Source: Octopus vulgaris (lineage: Eukaryota). From it: a stretch of 64,000 bases of DNA. Under the pieces are notes generated by a model. The model saw only the letters and a list, made by a program, of their open reading frames with translations. It did not search any database and was not told the origin of the DNA. The translations under genes and the position numbers were made by a program. The stretch spans positions 152,086,001 through 152,150,000 of the forward strand of contig OX597816.1 in assembly GCA_951406725.2 (NCBI GenBank). The letters run 5' to 3'. Shown here piece by piece: positions 24,845 to 37,644 of the stretch (position 1 is its first letter; every line of letters begins with the position of its first letter).

Positions 24845-25268
24845 TCACCCTAAATGAAGAAAGGCTGAAGACGCTCGACCTTTATTCTCTAGAAAAACGA
24901 CGACGCCGTGGTGATCTCATTCTTGCTCACAACATCATAAGCGGAAAGTGTAACCTCTCGAAAGAGCTGTTCTTCACTCCTGCTCCAGAGCGTCGGCTGC
25001 GGGTGTCACTCCGAAAAGCTCTATCTGCGACGATTTCATCTCAATCGAAAGAGAGGGGCTTTCTCCGTCCGGGTTGCGGATCCGTGGAATAAGCTGCCGG
25101 ACGAGATAGTGAAGATGCCAACGACCGCTCGGTTCAAAGTCTCCCTTGAGCACAAATGGCCTGAACTCTTTGCATGAGCACCACCCTGTACATAACTCCA
25201 TGTTCCCCTACATGGCCTTGCTTTTTTGCTTTTTAAGCCAAAAAATTAACTTAACTTAACTTAACTTA
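24845..25268 (+). mobile_element. CR1/L2-group LINE 3' end with (ACTTA)n tail
   Basis: EERLKTLDLYSLEKRRRRGDLI, FSVRVADPWNKLP; TAACT repeats at 25247-25268. Confidence 0.9.
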
Positions 25269-25439
25269 AATTTACAGTACCTACTATATATATATATTTA
25301 TATATTTAAAACTCAGCGTGGTGGTATTTCTCAGATACCCTAAATTATAATTTTAAATAATTATTACCTTTGAAAGGTTTTTATTCCCATTCTGGCCACT
25401 TGATAAGATCGATATTTTAATATCGATCTTATCGATCTT

Positions 25440-26230
25440 ATCAATGCAGTTTAATGCTGAAAAATTCCAAGCCCTGCGCTACCAGCACCCAAAACTGAAT
25501 ATAAAACTTACAGGGTACACCGGTACACAAGGAATTTAAATCCCAGAGCCTAAGTCAGTGAGGGACCTGGGTATCAACATGAGTGATGATACCTCTTTCC
25601 AAGTGCACATTACCAGGATGGCGACAAAGTGCAGACGACTGGCTGGGTGGATCCTAAGAACATTCAGAACTAGAGATAATGAAACCATGATGGTCCTCTG
25701 GCGGACATTCGTCCTCAGCCGCCTAGATTACTGCTCACAGCTATGGTCACCCACCAGTGTGAAATTAACAGCAGACCTTGAAGCAATCAGGAGAAGATTC
25801 ACAAAGAAGATCATCTCTTTGCAACAGCTCAGCTACTGGGAAAGGTTGAAACAGTTAATACTCTACTCCCTGGAAAGCTACACCAATGCCAGAACTGGAC
25901 GACACTGCATAGTGCCAAAGGTCCCGGTAATGCCATCACGCTTCAGGACCAGTTACTGCAACAGCCTGGGTTTCAGCTTTTTAATATTCTCCCAAAGAGT
26001 CTGAGAAACTTGCACAAAGTAGATGTAGGGGTTTTTAAATCAAAGCTGGACCTCTTCCTGTCGAGAATCCCAGATGAACCGACCTCACGGCAAGAGGTGC
26101 AAATGAAGGTAGTTATATCAAATTCCATGCTTCACCAAGTGCCACATATTAGAGGAGGCTCTTAGTAATAACAGTGTAGCAAAACGGCAGTGCATCGGCA
26201 TGGCCACAGCTCTGAGCTGAAACTAGAGAA
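25440..26230 (+). mobile_element. CR1/L2-group LINE 3' part (second family)
   Basis: FNAEKFQAL, RDLGINMSDD, LSRLDYCSQLWSP, SYWERLKQL, FKSKLDLFLSRIPDEP. Confidence 0.9.
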
Positions 26231-26427
26231 AAAATTTATATATAAGGATAAGCATATTAAAAGAGGAACGTGGGAAAACTCATTTAAATAAAAGGATTGG
26301 GAACCACTGTTGGGAACCACTGTAAAAAGGTTGGCAACCACTGATGTATACAGGTCGCTAATTTTGGACTTCTTTCATTACTATGTATGTCATTATTCAG
26401 CTTTATTTCAAGATTTTTTCAATAAGC

Positions 26428-26693
26428 ATACTCAATTTGATTTATACCAAATGATTTAAGAAAATGACTGGGTTATTTCCCTTGGCTGTTAAAATGAAAT
26501 ATATTAGATATATATAAGGATCCCTTCCAGGGGCCCTATTATCGATTGTTTCAATAATCTGAGTATGCCATGAGGTTCCCAGACATTAGTTCTACTCACA
26601 TGTCAAGTTTCATCAAAATCGATGAAACGATGTAGGAGGAGTTAGCTAACAACTCCACAAACACACCCACAGACAGAATTTCCCACTTATGTA

Positions 26694-26700
<7 letters not shown>
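26428..26700 (+). mobile_element. 3' part of Helentron-like repeat (second copy 46404-46650)
   Basis: TACTCAATTTGATTTATA..GGATCCCTTCCAG..AAGTTTCATCAAAATCGAT..GGAGGAGTTAGCT..CAAACACACCCAC shared by both loci. Confidence 0.7.
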
Positions 26701-26739
<39 letters not shown>

Positions 26740-26782
26740 TTATTAAAACTGCAAAATAAAATTTTATTCCAGTCTTGATCAC

Positions 26783-26824
26783 AACTGTCCGAAAAACGGA
26801 AACATGAAACACTTAGTAACAGTT
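26783..26824 (+). ncRNA. Degenerate hammerhead-like motif
   Basis: AACTGT-CCGAAAA-ACGGAAACAT-GAAA-CACTTAG-TA-ACAGTT; perfect stem I extended by flanking inverted repeats 26737-26855; core mutated. Confidence 0.45.
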
Positions 26825-29009
26825 TTTTGTGATGTTTTTGCAGCTTTAATAAAAAAAAAAGTACATTACTCTACCTTCGATATTCAAGTGCTATTTTCTC
26901 CCCCCTTGTTTTGCATTTATGTGCTTACTCGCGTGTGTGTGTGTATACATACATACATATACTGTATACATATTACATGGGTGCTAATATTTTCAACCGA
27001 GACGTTATGACTGTATCTGATTGTTCAAGTGCTTCAATTCTGTGTCAGTACATATATTTACTCGATTGCTGGCATTTATCAAAGGTTTCTCTTATTGTTT
27101 TGATCACCATTTTCTATCACTAATAAAACTGTCGGGATTTCTGACGATACGGGTATACTAGTTCATAATAATATTGACAATATTTTTATAGCATTTATAT
27201 TATTAGCAGTTTCCTTCATGATGTTCGTGTTATTCTTTATAATATTGACGATACCTTTTGATACTCTGAGAGATCTCTGAACCGACAGGAAAAGAAAATT
27301 GCTTATGCCAGAATTTTAGATCAACTTTCTTGTTCACTGCATAATGTTGATCATTTGAAGACAGGACAAATTTCAGTGACAAATAAAAATGATTGAGTTG
27401 CCAATATTTAATGAGATGTACTAGTCTCTATGACAACCAATTAACAACGATCATATCCAGAGCACATTTATATTTTCCCTTCTTAATCCCTTGCATTATT
27501 CATAGATTCAGTCGATAGCACTTGACATATGGAGACCTGGGCCGAACCTCTAACTCGATTGATTTGCTGAGATATTTGGATATTAGGGTACATAGACGTG
27601 TGGGCGTTTTCCTTCACTCACCTTTTTCCTTTTTTTTCAATAAGTCACCTTCACAATCTTTGTTTACAATTCACAATACTACAATGATACGAGTTCAAAT
27701 TCCGAAGTTACCTCTGTGTATAGTCCATAAATAATATGCATTAATCTACTTCGCGAAATCTTTTTAATGAATGTAAGATGGGGGCTTTTTTACCATTTCT
27801 GCACGTCTCTATTTTATAAAATAATTTTGTGCCTATGTTTGTAGTTTTTCTTTCATCTGAGCTTTTCCGTAGTCACGTATTGAAAGATTTTGCTACAGTT
27901 CTATTGTTGTAATTGTGAACAATGTTCATTGCTAGAATTGTCTTAATGGCCCAAGTAAAATAACTCACTGTTTCTCATTGTATGAATAACAGGGGATAAC
28001 AGGTGAGAGGAAAGAATGTACAGGAACGCCTATAATATAAAGGACAGATAGTAAAGCTGGGGTTAATATATTTAATATAGTGAGCGGGTAAAATTTAACC
28101 AATTAAAATTACACCGGTAATGAAGAGTAAAATTATTGCCTTAACGAATACGTTTGGTTAGAATGGGAATTTAAATGAATTATTAATGAAAGGTAGAATA
28201 TACTGAAATAAATCTCTCAAGTCATAGACAAAAAAAATTGACAGCAACTGTGAGATTGTTTCACTATGGAGGTCTTATAAGACAGAAACATGTTCAGAGA
28301 TGTCACTGAACTACTGAGATCGAACTCATACTCTTCTGCATTCAATGTTTTATTAACCGTAAATCTGGAGTTATCCTCCTTGACATTTCGACCAGAATTT
28401 TATATTTCTTTAAACAGGTGCAATTTTAATGAGTTGGTTCTTTACATTAGTTTGTATCTTACTGTATGGTGTTTTATAGTTAGTATTGGGATCAATTTTT
28501 TTTTTACTCCAACATTTATTTCGATTCATGCAAGCATGAAAAGATAATTAACATAAAGCTTTAAACATCCATTTCTATCTCAAATACAATGCTACAAATT
28601 TAGGTAGGGAGTCAAAGCGTTTATATCGCCTCCGCTCCTTTACTGGCACCTATTTTATCGACCTTGGAAGGATAAAAACGAAGATTTAAAAATATAACAT
28701 GCTTGTATGCAAGCATAACTGTGTGGCTGTGTGATTCGATCTCACTATGCAGCACATTCATCAAGTGCCTTTAGCGTTTAACAAAATCCTGAGACATGAA
28801 ATTTAGTGGGTAGAAACTGGGTGGAAGCCAGCCAGAGAGACCGTTCGTGTTCGTAGGTGTAATACCACCAGTCTTCCGGTGTAACATCATCATTTGACCC
28901 TTGTGTACCTTTAACATTCAGGGCACATTCTTCAATTTTTATGACAATAAAGTATGATTTGAAGGTAATATGCTTATTGTTTGGAGCAATCAAGTCGGTT
29001 TGGAATTAT

Positions 29010-29175
29010 TGCTGTTGTTTAGCTTCAGGTTAGCACTGATCAAGCTGGCCTACACAAAAGACATTTCAGTCGTGACCATCACGTCTTTTCTGTGTACAGG
29101 AAATCCAGAATTACATTATTCAGTGTGTCCTTTTCTAAGGTTACAAGGTGTTATTTGAGGGAGATTTGGCTGCAA
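29010..29175. repeat. Dispersed repeat family C (TTTAGC.CAGG ... GTGTCCTT ... GAGATTTGGCTGC)
   Basis: Related copies at 15825-16000, 30240-30320, 30350-30530, 47730-47790, 48040-48090 in both orientations. Confidence 0.65.
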
Positions 29176-29914
29176 CTTGATGCCAGCTAATTATTCAAAG
29201 AAAGAAATAAACTACACTTCAACAATTTGACACAAAATGGCAGATATTTGTTGCTTTTTTTAGGAAATGTAGAGAATATCATTTTACCAAGAGAAGTCAG
29301 TAGAACTAATTAAAACCGTTTTGGGAGGAGCTTTAGATAGTTTATTGCTGAGAGTTGCTCATGAGGAAAGCAATGAAACAGTATTTCTATTTCCTGGAGA
29401 TGGGTGGTATTTAGGTGTTAGTGTTAAATGAACTGGGGTACTGATAAAGGATGAGCTAAACATTATAAAAAGCTAAAGTTTAACATCATTTTATTCAATA
29501 AATGTCATGGACTTTTTTTAAATATAAGGAGTAACCTTTTTGCTGAACGGAACAAAAACTTTTTTACACGTCTCGAATAAATGAGATTTTTATGTCATTT
29601 TTTTATTTTTTATTTTTAAGGACAGTAATTTATTTACAATTAGGACTGAAAACGTGAAATAAAGAGAAATGTTGTAAATGTGTTAGTAATACAGTGAACA
29701 TATATTGTTGATGCAAATACACATGCACAAGCAAACACGCACACGCACACGCACGCAATAATGTATACTTATACACATGTGTGTGAGTGTATGTGTGCAT
29801 GCACGCGCGCGTGATTGGCACCTGTTTAGAAAGAATGGGATCCCTTGCTGTAATCTCCCTCTCGTTGTTCGTTAGCATTTACTGTGAATACTGAGACTCG
29901 ATGCTGCCCACACA

Positions 29915-30026
29915 ATGGCGTATCAGAACACCGGCAAAAGGCTTCAGAAATCCAATCATGACACCAGTCCCCTCACTCTGTTCATGTTTAAGATTGCTCC
30001 TGTTTGCTCAGTTCAGTTAGCTGCGG
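29915..30026 (+). CDS. Candidate first coding exon of an unidentified host gene
   Basis: ACAATGG (good Kozak) opens 37 codons MAYQNTGKRLQKSNHDTSPLTLFMFKIAPVCSVQLAA to a G|GTAAGT donor; non-repetitive sequence; GATTGG and a CpG cluster ~100 bp upstream. No homology recognised. Confidence 0.3.
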
Positions 30027-31019
30027 GTAAGTACCTCACCATTTTCAGAAGGCTTGGGAAAACCTTGAGTACCTCCCTATTCTATTGAATTATAAAAAAT
30101 CTCAAGTACAAAAGAATCCAGATCAATAAAAATATTTTTAGTGTTCAATCTTTGACTAGTGTTGAATTGTTAGCCACTTTTGGGGTGGTACCTTTCAGTA
30201 TGCACTAGGTAATACAAGGTTCACTGTGCCTAAGAAAAAGATAGACTTGTCACGGTTGAAGTGCCTTTGATCATAATTATATTTGATCAGGGCCGGTCTG
30301 AGGACAAATAGTAACAACAGGTAATTTTACTATTGATCAGAATATTCATGCGGTTGTTTAACTTTGAGTCAGCTCTGTTCGAGCAGAACTACGATCTAAG
30401 GCATTCCAGCCAGGAATATCCTGGTTTTAGGTATACATTGGGCCACATTATCTAATGTACCCTTCCTATTATTGAGACAAAACTATGTGATTAGGCTAGG
30501 ATTTGGCTGCTATTTCAAACAGATCAAACGACTAGTAGAAAATTCATTCCTTTTGTGTTATGCAGTATGCTGACTGAAATAGTCACATTAATAAAGTCGT
30601 ATTTCTGTCGTAATGGTGTCTCTATTGTAAAATGTTCCTAGCAGATTAATCGCCATGGTTGTAATTGGAGTTCATGAAGATATTTCTCAGTTACAACTAT
30701 CCACAAGATTTGGTTACAAGGAGGTTGTGTGAAAGTAAACGTTAGTATGAAGCAGAACTAAACGGAAGGTAATAGGAAAACGTTTAGCAATTAACTTGCC
30801 TGACTCAAGTAAAAGAGATCAGTTATGTTGTTGCTCGTAAGCATGAGGAAATACGTTCAGAAGAGCGCTGCATTCATTCAAATAACGCTTCATAATTAAA
30901 TGTTTTCTTGATCTTTTATGTAAATTTCTGAGAGGTACTTAACCTTTCTCATTTTCTCAACAAAATATCGAGTTGCCTGTTATAGAGGCAAACATACAAT
31001 CTACCACACAAGCCAGCAA

Positions 31020-31057
<38 letters not shown>

Positions 31058-31603
31058 CATTAGCACATACGCTTCCCAAACTTAGAGGTAGACACACACA
31101 TACACACGTACGTACATACATACATACATACATACATACATACATACATACATACATACATACATACATACATACATACATACATACATACATACATACA
31201 TACATACATACATACATACAGAAGGAAAGAGAGAGAGGTCGTATATTTGTGTCTGATGTTATATGAGCATGTTTGAATAAACGCTTTCAAAATTTAAAAA
31301 CAAAATACCTAAATAAAAAGTACTTGTGTTTTGGTTTAGATCTAATGACTTGTTTGGCAAGTCATTATATCCGGCATTGTGCATAATATAGTGATAGAGT
31401 ACCGTTGGTACAAGACCATAGATCGACTCCAGAATAACAAAAAGCAAAGTTGATCGCAGCATGATTTGGATTTCGAACGTAAGGAGCTGTAACTGACTAC
31501 TTCAAAACTTTTTCGGCGATCCAAATTTCTACCATTCCTAATACGAATACATTGCTTTATTTATCTGTGTTCTTTTTTTTTTTTAGATTTCATTTCTAAT
31601 AAT

Positions 31604-32224
31604 GCTTTCAAATTTTGGTACAAGGCTAGCAATTTTGTTGGAGTGGGTTGGCCGATTACAACAACCCCAATACTCTACTGGTAGTTACTTTATCGACCCC
31701 AATAAGATGAAAGGTAAATTCGAACTCAGAATGTAAAGACGGATGAAATGTTAAGCATTTTGCCCTGTGTGCTAACGATTCTGCCAGCTCGCCGTCTTAA
31801 TCTCATTTCTAATAATTATTTCTACTCTAGGCACAAGGCCTTGAAAATTTGGGGAGGAAGGGGGCTAGTCGATTTCATCAGCCCCTGTGTGTAACTGGTC
31901 CTTATTTTATCGACCCCGAAGGGATGAAAGGCAAAGTTGACCTCGGCGGAATTTGAACTCAGAACGTAAAGACAGACGAAATACCTATTTCTTTACTACC
32001 CACAAGGGGCTAAACACAGAGAGGACAAACAAGGACAGACAAACGGATTAAGTTGATTATATCGACCCCAGTGCGTAACTGGTACTTAATTTATCGACCC
32101 CGAAAGGATGAAAGGCAAAGTCGACCTCGGCGGAATTTGAACTCAGAATGTAACGGCAGACGAAATACGGCTAAGCATTTCTCCCAGCTTGCTAACAGTT
32201 CTGCCAGCCCGCCGCCCTGATATT
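31604..32224 (-). mobile_element. Two adjacent SINE family A copies
   Basis: 31604-31800 monomer and 31820-32220 dimer; (C)ATTTCTAATAAT present at 31591, 31804 and 32225. Confidence 0.9.
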
Positions 32225-32458
32225 ATTTCTAATAATATTTATCAAGGTCAGTAATACAATTTTTTTTATTATACTCTAATAAACTAATGTATCACTAACA
32301 TGTATTAAACGTACGACTATGCTCTTACTGCTTTTGTGGAAAAAATATCAAGACTATATTGATGACAAGAGTTTTTGAAAGGGTGATATGACTCCACAGT
32401 GATACAGATTAGATTTCATGTAAGATTCATGTGTGAAGATGGATGTAAATGTGTATAG

Positions 32459-32754
32459 TAGCAGTCTCCAACTTTTTTGGCACCATGAAACAGTTTAATG
32501 CAAGACAATTTTCCAAGGACCGGGGGATCACGGGCTAACAAAAAGCAATAAAGTACATAATGTGTAATTTAGTTATTACATATATAATACATATATATTG
32601 TTTATATATTACATATACAATGCAAAAACATCCTACAAACTGCGATAGCCAATAACATTGAAATGAACATTTAAAATATTTTTTTCTGTGCGGCCCGCCT
32701 ACAAATGATGCATGGTCCGGTACTAATACAGGGCCCAGTGGTTGGGGACCCCTG
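32459..32754. mobile_element. hAT-type MITE
   Basis: Ends TAGCAGTCTCCAAC / GTTGGGGACCCCTG; 8-bp TSD GTGTATAG / GTGTACAG (1 mismatch). Confidence 0.7.
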
Positions 32755-33317
32755 GTGTACAGTAGGTGTAAAGAATGCATTGCCGCGGGCGAAATTTTGC
32801 CCCCATTCAAATTTGAAATCGGCCTCTGCTGACATCTCTAGCAACGCATATGAAAAAGCTGAGCTTTACCATCAAAACACTAAAGTAAAAAGAATGTTTC
32901 TTTCCCAGAAGGATACGCACCCATAAGGGGTTCTTGAATATTGCAGCACCCTTAGAGCTGCAAAGGGTTCTCCACAATTGGACTTGAATATCTAAGACAC
33001 GTCGTTCTGTTTAAACGAGGAAATCATTTGTAAAAGCCACGTCTGAGGTAATATTGAGAATATTGTATCATAAGCGGGCCGACGGAAATATGTAAATACA
33101 CATGCGCGCGCGCGTGTGTTTGACGGTGCAGTATATCCGAAAGGCTATGAAAATTTGCTTCACAGTTGCAAGGTCCTGGGTTCGATTCCCCGGTATGAAA
33201 TTTTGGGTAAACGTCATATTCTATAGCCTCAGATCAACTCATACTTTGAGTAAACAGCAACTCTATAGAAGACCAACGGGTGCATTGTACCTGCAGTTCA
33301 AAATGTACAGCCTTGTT

Positions 33318-33970
33318 ACGTTCTGAGTTCAAATCCTGCCCAAGCCAAATTTGCTTTTCCTCCTTATGAGGTCGTTAAAATACAATATCAGTCAAGTACT
33401 AAGGTCGATGTAATTGTCCACAATTTCAGGCCGTGTGCGATTATTTGAAACTATTATTATTAATTTTGTTGTTGTTGTTTTAAAGGCGATGAGCTGACAG
33501 AGTTGTTAGCAAGCCGAGCAAAATGTTTAGCGGCTTTTCGTCCGTCTTTATGTTCTGAGTTCAAATTTCGCCGTGGTCGATTTTGCCCTTCATCCTTTCG
33601 GGGTCAATAAATTAAGTACCAGTCGATGTAATCGATTTGTCCTCTCCCTCAAAATTTCAGGCCTTATGCCTTTATTAGAAAGGATCATTATTATTATTAT
33701 TATCATTGTTATTATTATTATTATTAGGCCTTACGCCTATAATAGAAAGGTTTATTATTATTTAGGCAACGAACTAGCAGAATCGTTAGTGCGTCGGACA
33801 AAATGCTTAGCACTTTAAATTCAGAGTTCGAATCCTACTGAGGTCAACTTTACCTTTCAACCTTTTCGGGATCGATAAAACAAAGGTATCAGCCAAGGAT
33901 TGGGGGGGTCAATGTAATCGACTTGACTACTTTCCTCAAAATTGCTGACCTTGTGCCAAAATTAGAAAGA
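33318..33970 (+). mobile_element. Cluster of three SINE family A copies
   Basis: Copies at ~33318-33452, 33484-33682, 33763-33970 separated by (ATT)n tails. Confidence 0.85.
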
Positions 33971-34027
33971 ATTATAATTATCATTATATGTGAGAGTGTG
34001 TGTGAACATATGTACGGATGTATATTC

Positions 34028-34215
34028 TCTCACTCTTTCTCTCTCTCTCGCTTTCTTTCTCTCCCTCTTTCACTGTCTCTCTTTCTTTCTCACTTTCTCT
34101 CTCTCTCTCTCTCTTTCACTGTCTCTCTTTCTTTCTCACTTTCTCTCTCTCTCTCTCTCTTTCATTGTCTCTCTTTCTTTCTCAATTTCTCTCTCTCTCT
34201 CTCTCTCTCTTTCTC
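34028..34215. repeat. (CT)n-rich higher-order repeat
   Basis: CTTTCACTGTCTCTCTTTCTTTCTCACTTT(CT)n unit repeated three times. Confidence 0.85.
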
Positions 34216-34509
34216 GTGTGCGCGTGTGTGTGTACGGATGCACGACTCCATACCACTATTTGCCTTAAAAACATTAATTAACCGCCCATCTGTTAGTTTC
34301 ATGAACGCTTTATATTTGTGGAATTTTAAATCTATGCACTGTTGTTACACGACCTTAATGATATGTTTTATTAATGTTCCAGAATACTTCACGTCAATTA
34401 TATAAATAGATCTCCCTTGGAAACATAGATCTTAGGTTGATAATATTGTATGCGAAACTCAAGGCGCCAAACTGAATGTGTGTCATCTTCCTATCGTCAT
34501 CATCTGTCG

Positions 34510-34765
34510 TTGTCGTCATCATCATCATCTTTTCAACGTTCACTTTTCTATGCTTCATGGGTCAGACAGATTTCGTTGAAGCAGATTTTCCTATGGCCGG
34601 GTACCTTTCCTGTCACCAAACCTCATTTGTATCCAAACAAGGTAATATTTCATTTTGACCGGACATGTTTTTTTTTTTCTCACGAAGATTGGAAACGAAT
34701 GATATCGGTTTACGACAGTGACACTCGTTCGTTTAAAACTCTCATACGAGATCAAGACAAGGAAA
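34510..34765 (-). mobile_element. RTE-related SINE/LINE tail with (GAT)n end (family D)
   Basis: (CAT)n-TTTCAACGTTCACTTTTCTATGCTTCATGGGTCAGAC..GCAGATTTTC; relatives at 52335, 56000-56230, 56385, 58070-58270, 60370-60515, 61410-61560. Confidence 0.65.
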
Positions 34766-35021
34766 CACACACACACGCACACACACAAACACACACACAC
34801 ACACACCGAGTTTCAATCATTGTACAGGAGACGAGAAAGCACAGATTTGCACACTGCTGATTAAATCTGTCGAGGGATTCTTAAACGTTCTAGAAATTTC
34901 AGCCTTTAACCTGTTTTAAATTATTTCCTAATCCACGGGGAAATCTTGATTCAGTCAACGACTTTTGTATTACCAAATAAAATAGAAATAGATACTACAG
35001 ACAAATGCTGGGTTTAATCAG

Positions 35022-35238
35022 CTTCAAATTTTGGGCACAAGGACAGCAATTTCGTGGGGTGAGCAGGTCGATTATATCGCCTACGGTGTTAAACTGGTAC
35101 CTATTTTATCGACCCTGAAAGGGATGAAGAACAAAGTCAACCCCGGCCATATTTGAACTCAGAACAAAAAAAAAGGGACGAAATGCCGCTAAGCTTTTTG
35201 CCCGGTGTGTTAACGATTTTGTCAGCTCACCTCGCCTT
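35022..35238 (-). mobile_element. SINE family A
   Basis: Reverse-complement family consensus. Confidence 0.85.
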
Positions 35239-35651
35239 ATATGCTGGATTATATCATAGACAATAAGAAATATTTGTGGTATATTCTTGTCAAAACTTCC
35301 ATTAAATGCGCATGCAAGTGACCTGATATCATCTGGGACAGGAATTCAAAATCGATATCATATTCAGCAGCTAGATGTTACTCTAGGCCAGCAGAAAATT
35401 AAACATTGATGGGCAATTAGTGCCAACCCGACATTTTCCTGCGCTTTCGTTAAATGCTTTATCCATACTTGTACTCCTAAAATTGGTGTATTTGAGAACT
35501 TGTACTTCGCTTAATTCAATAATCTGGACTATTGTTATTTTCGATCAAGGAAATTCAGTTCATGTCTGCCTTATGTTTTTCTTTTTATTTTTTATTCCAG
35601 AACGAACTAATTTTGGGGTAAAACAAAATCCTTCAGGTCGACTATTGTTAC

Positions 35652-35652
<1 letters not shown>

Positions 35653-35740
<88 letters not shown>
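35653..35740. repeat. (TG)n microsatellite
   Basis: Perfect TG tract; nearby (GA)n 35939-35997 and (TG)n 36176-36236. Confidence 0.99.
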
Positions 35741-35932
35741 TGTGCGTGCGTGCGTACATACACACACACACACATATACACTCACATTAGTGCTGTCAAC
35801 TGGAATCCTTAATGGCTTGGTAGCATGAATCATGCTTTTGCTAATTGTTTTAGGTGCCTAAATAGTTGCGAGTAAGCAAGAACTCTCTCTTGATCCTCTC
35901 ATCTTTGGCTCGGTGGGACAACCAAGTTTTGC

Positions 35933-35998
<66 letters not shown>

Positions 35999-36168
35999 AG
36001 AGGTAGGTGGCTGCATCAGCTGTTGGTTAATCAAAATCTGAGTTGAGTAGCGTAAAATGAAGTATCATCCTCAAGTACACAATGTGTTGATTCGAAGATT
36101 GTCCAGGAATCGAAGATTGACTTTATGGTCGTGAGCCCGATACCACAACTACGACTAGAAATGCATAA

Positions 36169-36239
<71 letters not shown>

Positions 36240-36249
36240 TTTGAATGTG

Positions 36250-36542
36250 GAGGCACATGGTCTAGTGGTTAGAGCAGGGGACTCGCGGTCGAGGGATCGC
36301 GAGTTCGAATCTCAGACTGGGCGATGTGTGTGTTTATGAACGAAACACCTAAGCTCCACGCGGCTCCGGCAGAAAGTAATGGCGAACTTCTGCTGACTCT
36401 TTCGCCACAACTTTCTCTCACTCTTCCCTCCTGCATCTTGCAGCGCACCTGCGACGGACAGGCGTCCCGTCCAGGTGGGGAACCTATATGCCAAGGAAAC
36501 CGGCCCTTGTGAGCCAGGCGTGGCTCGAGAAGGAACAAACAA
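36250..36542 (+). mobile_element. tRNA-derived SINE with Meta/V-like domain
   Basis: A-box TGGTCTAGTGG, B-box GAGTTCGAATC, CCTGCGACGGACAGGCGTCCCGTCCAGG..ATGCCAAGGAAACCGG domain, AAC tail. Confidence 0.85.
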
Positions 36543-36557
36543 TACTATGCATGTGTG

Positions 36558-36558
36558 T

Positions 36559-36644
<86 letters not shown>

Positions 36645-36660
36645 GGATAGATAGATAGAT
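36558..36660. repeat. (GATA)n microsatellite
   Basis: About 25 units; other GATA tracts at 38845-38912, 40850-40940. Confidence 0.98.
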
Positions 36661-37093
36661 TCGTCTATCTAATTTTATATCTACCTATCTATTTGTCCAT
36701 CATATACATTACGTTGTACAAACATTATCTGATGCAGAACCAAATATGTTTGGTAAAATGTGGACAGATATATTTATTATATCAAATGTTGGCTGTCTAC
36801 TACTCTGAATTTCGTCCCCGGTGGCATTATTCACAACTGTTATTGATACATACATACATACATACATACATACACACATACATACATACATACATACATA
36901 CATACATACATACATACATACATACATACATACATACATACATACATACATACACAAATACCCTGTTGATGTTGAAATTCAAATAAAGAAGTCTTCAGTT
37001 GAGTACTGTTTCTCTATTGGCAGCTCTAAGAAACCAGCTCTTTCTCTATCGGTAAAAAAAAACCTTGAAAAAAAGCGGAATTATAACATACAA

Positions 37094-37144
<51 letters not shown>

Positions 37145-37536
37145 CGTGTGCATGCGAGCGTGTGTGCATGTGCTTGTGTGTGAGTATTTGCATGTATGCA
37201 TGAGCGCGCGTGGGTATATATATATATATATATAAACTCTGTTGAACTTTTGGACATTTCTCATAGGGTATTAGAATATTACATATATACCATTCTGCAT
37301 AAAAAATGGATTTACAACTTAAATGTCCATACGTATCTTGGATTTATTTTATTTTCTCCACCTCACTCTCTATTTTGTATCACATCTAAACTAACTACGA
37401 CTTAATCATCCTCTCACACCGTCTCCGATGAAGGGATATAATTGATAAATATCCTGGAAACAGCTGTAAGACCTTCTATCTATAAATGTTCTAATATCTA
37501 CGCAGCCTTGGTATTTTATCTCATTACGCAAAAAAT

Positions 37537-37593
<57 letters not shown>

Positions 37594-37644
37594 CATATAC
37601 ATACATATATACATATACATACACATATATATACACATATATAT

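Larger units (their letters stand above)
20977..26343. mobile_element. hAT-type non-autonomous element expanded by nested insertions
   Basis: TIRs CAGTGGTTCCCAACC / GGTTGGCAACCACTG; perfect 8-bp TSD ATGTATAC at 20969-20976 and 26344-26351. Confidence 0.88.
20324..26370. mobile_element. Long-TIR MITE split by nested insertions
   Basis: Left arm 20324-20482 is the imperfect reverse complement of 20844-20976 plus 26352-26370 (CCAAAATTAGCGACCT / AGGTCGCTAATTTTGG). Confidence 0.8.

Noticed and set aside
28255-28305. Hammerhead-like CTATGGA..GTCTTATAAGAC..GAAACATGTTC
   Set aside because: Two core mismatches and a poor stem I.
36250-36325. tRNA gene
   Set aside because: A and B boxes are present but the sequence continues into a SINE body and lacks a complete cloverleaf.
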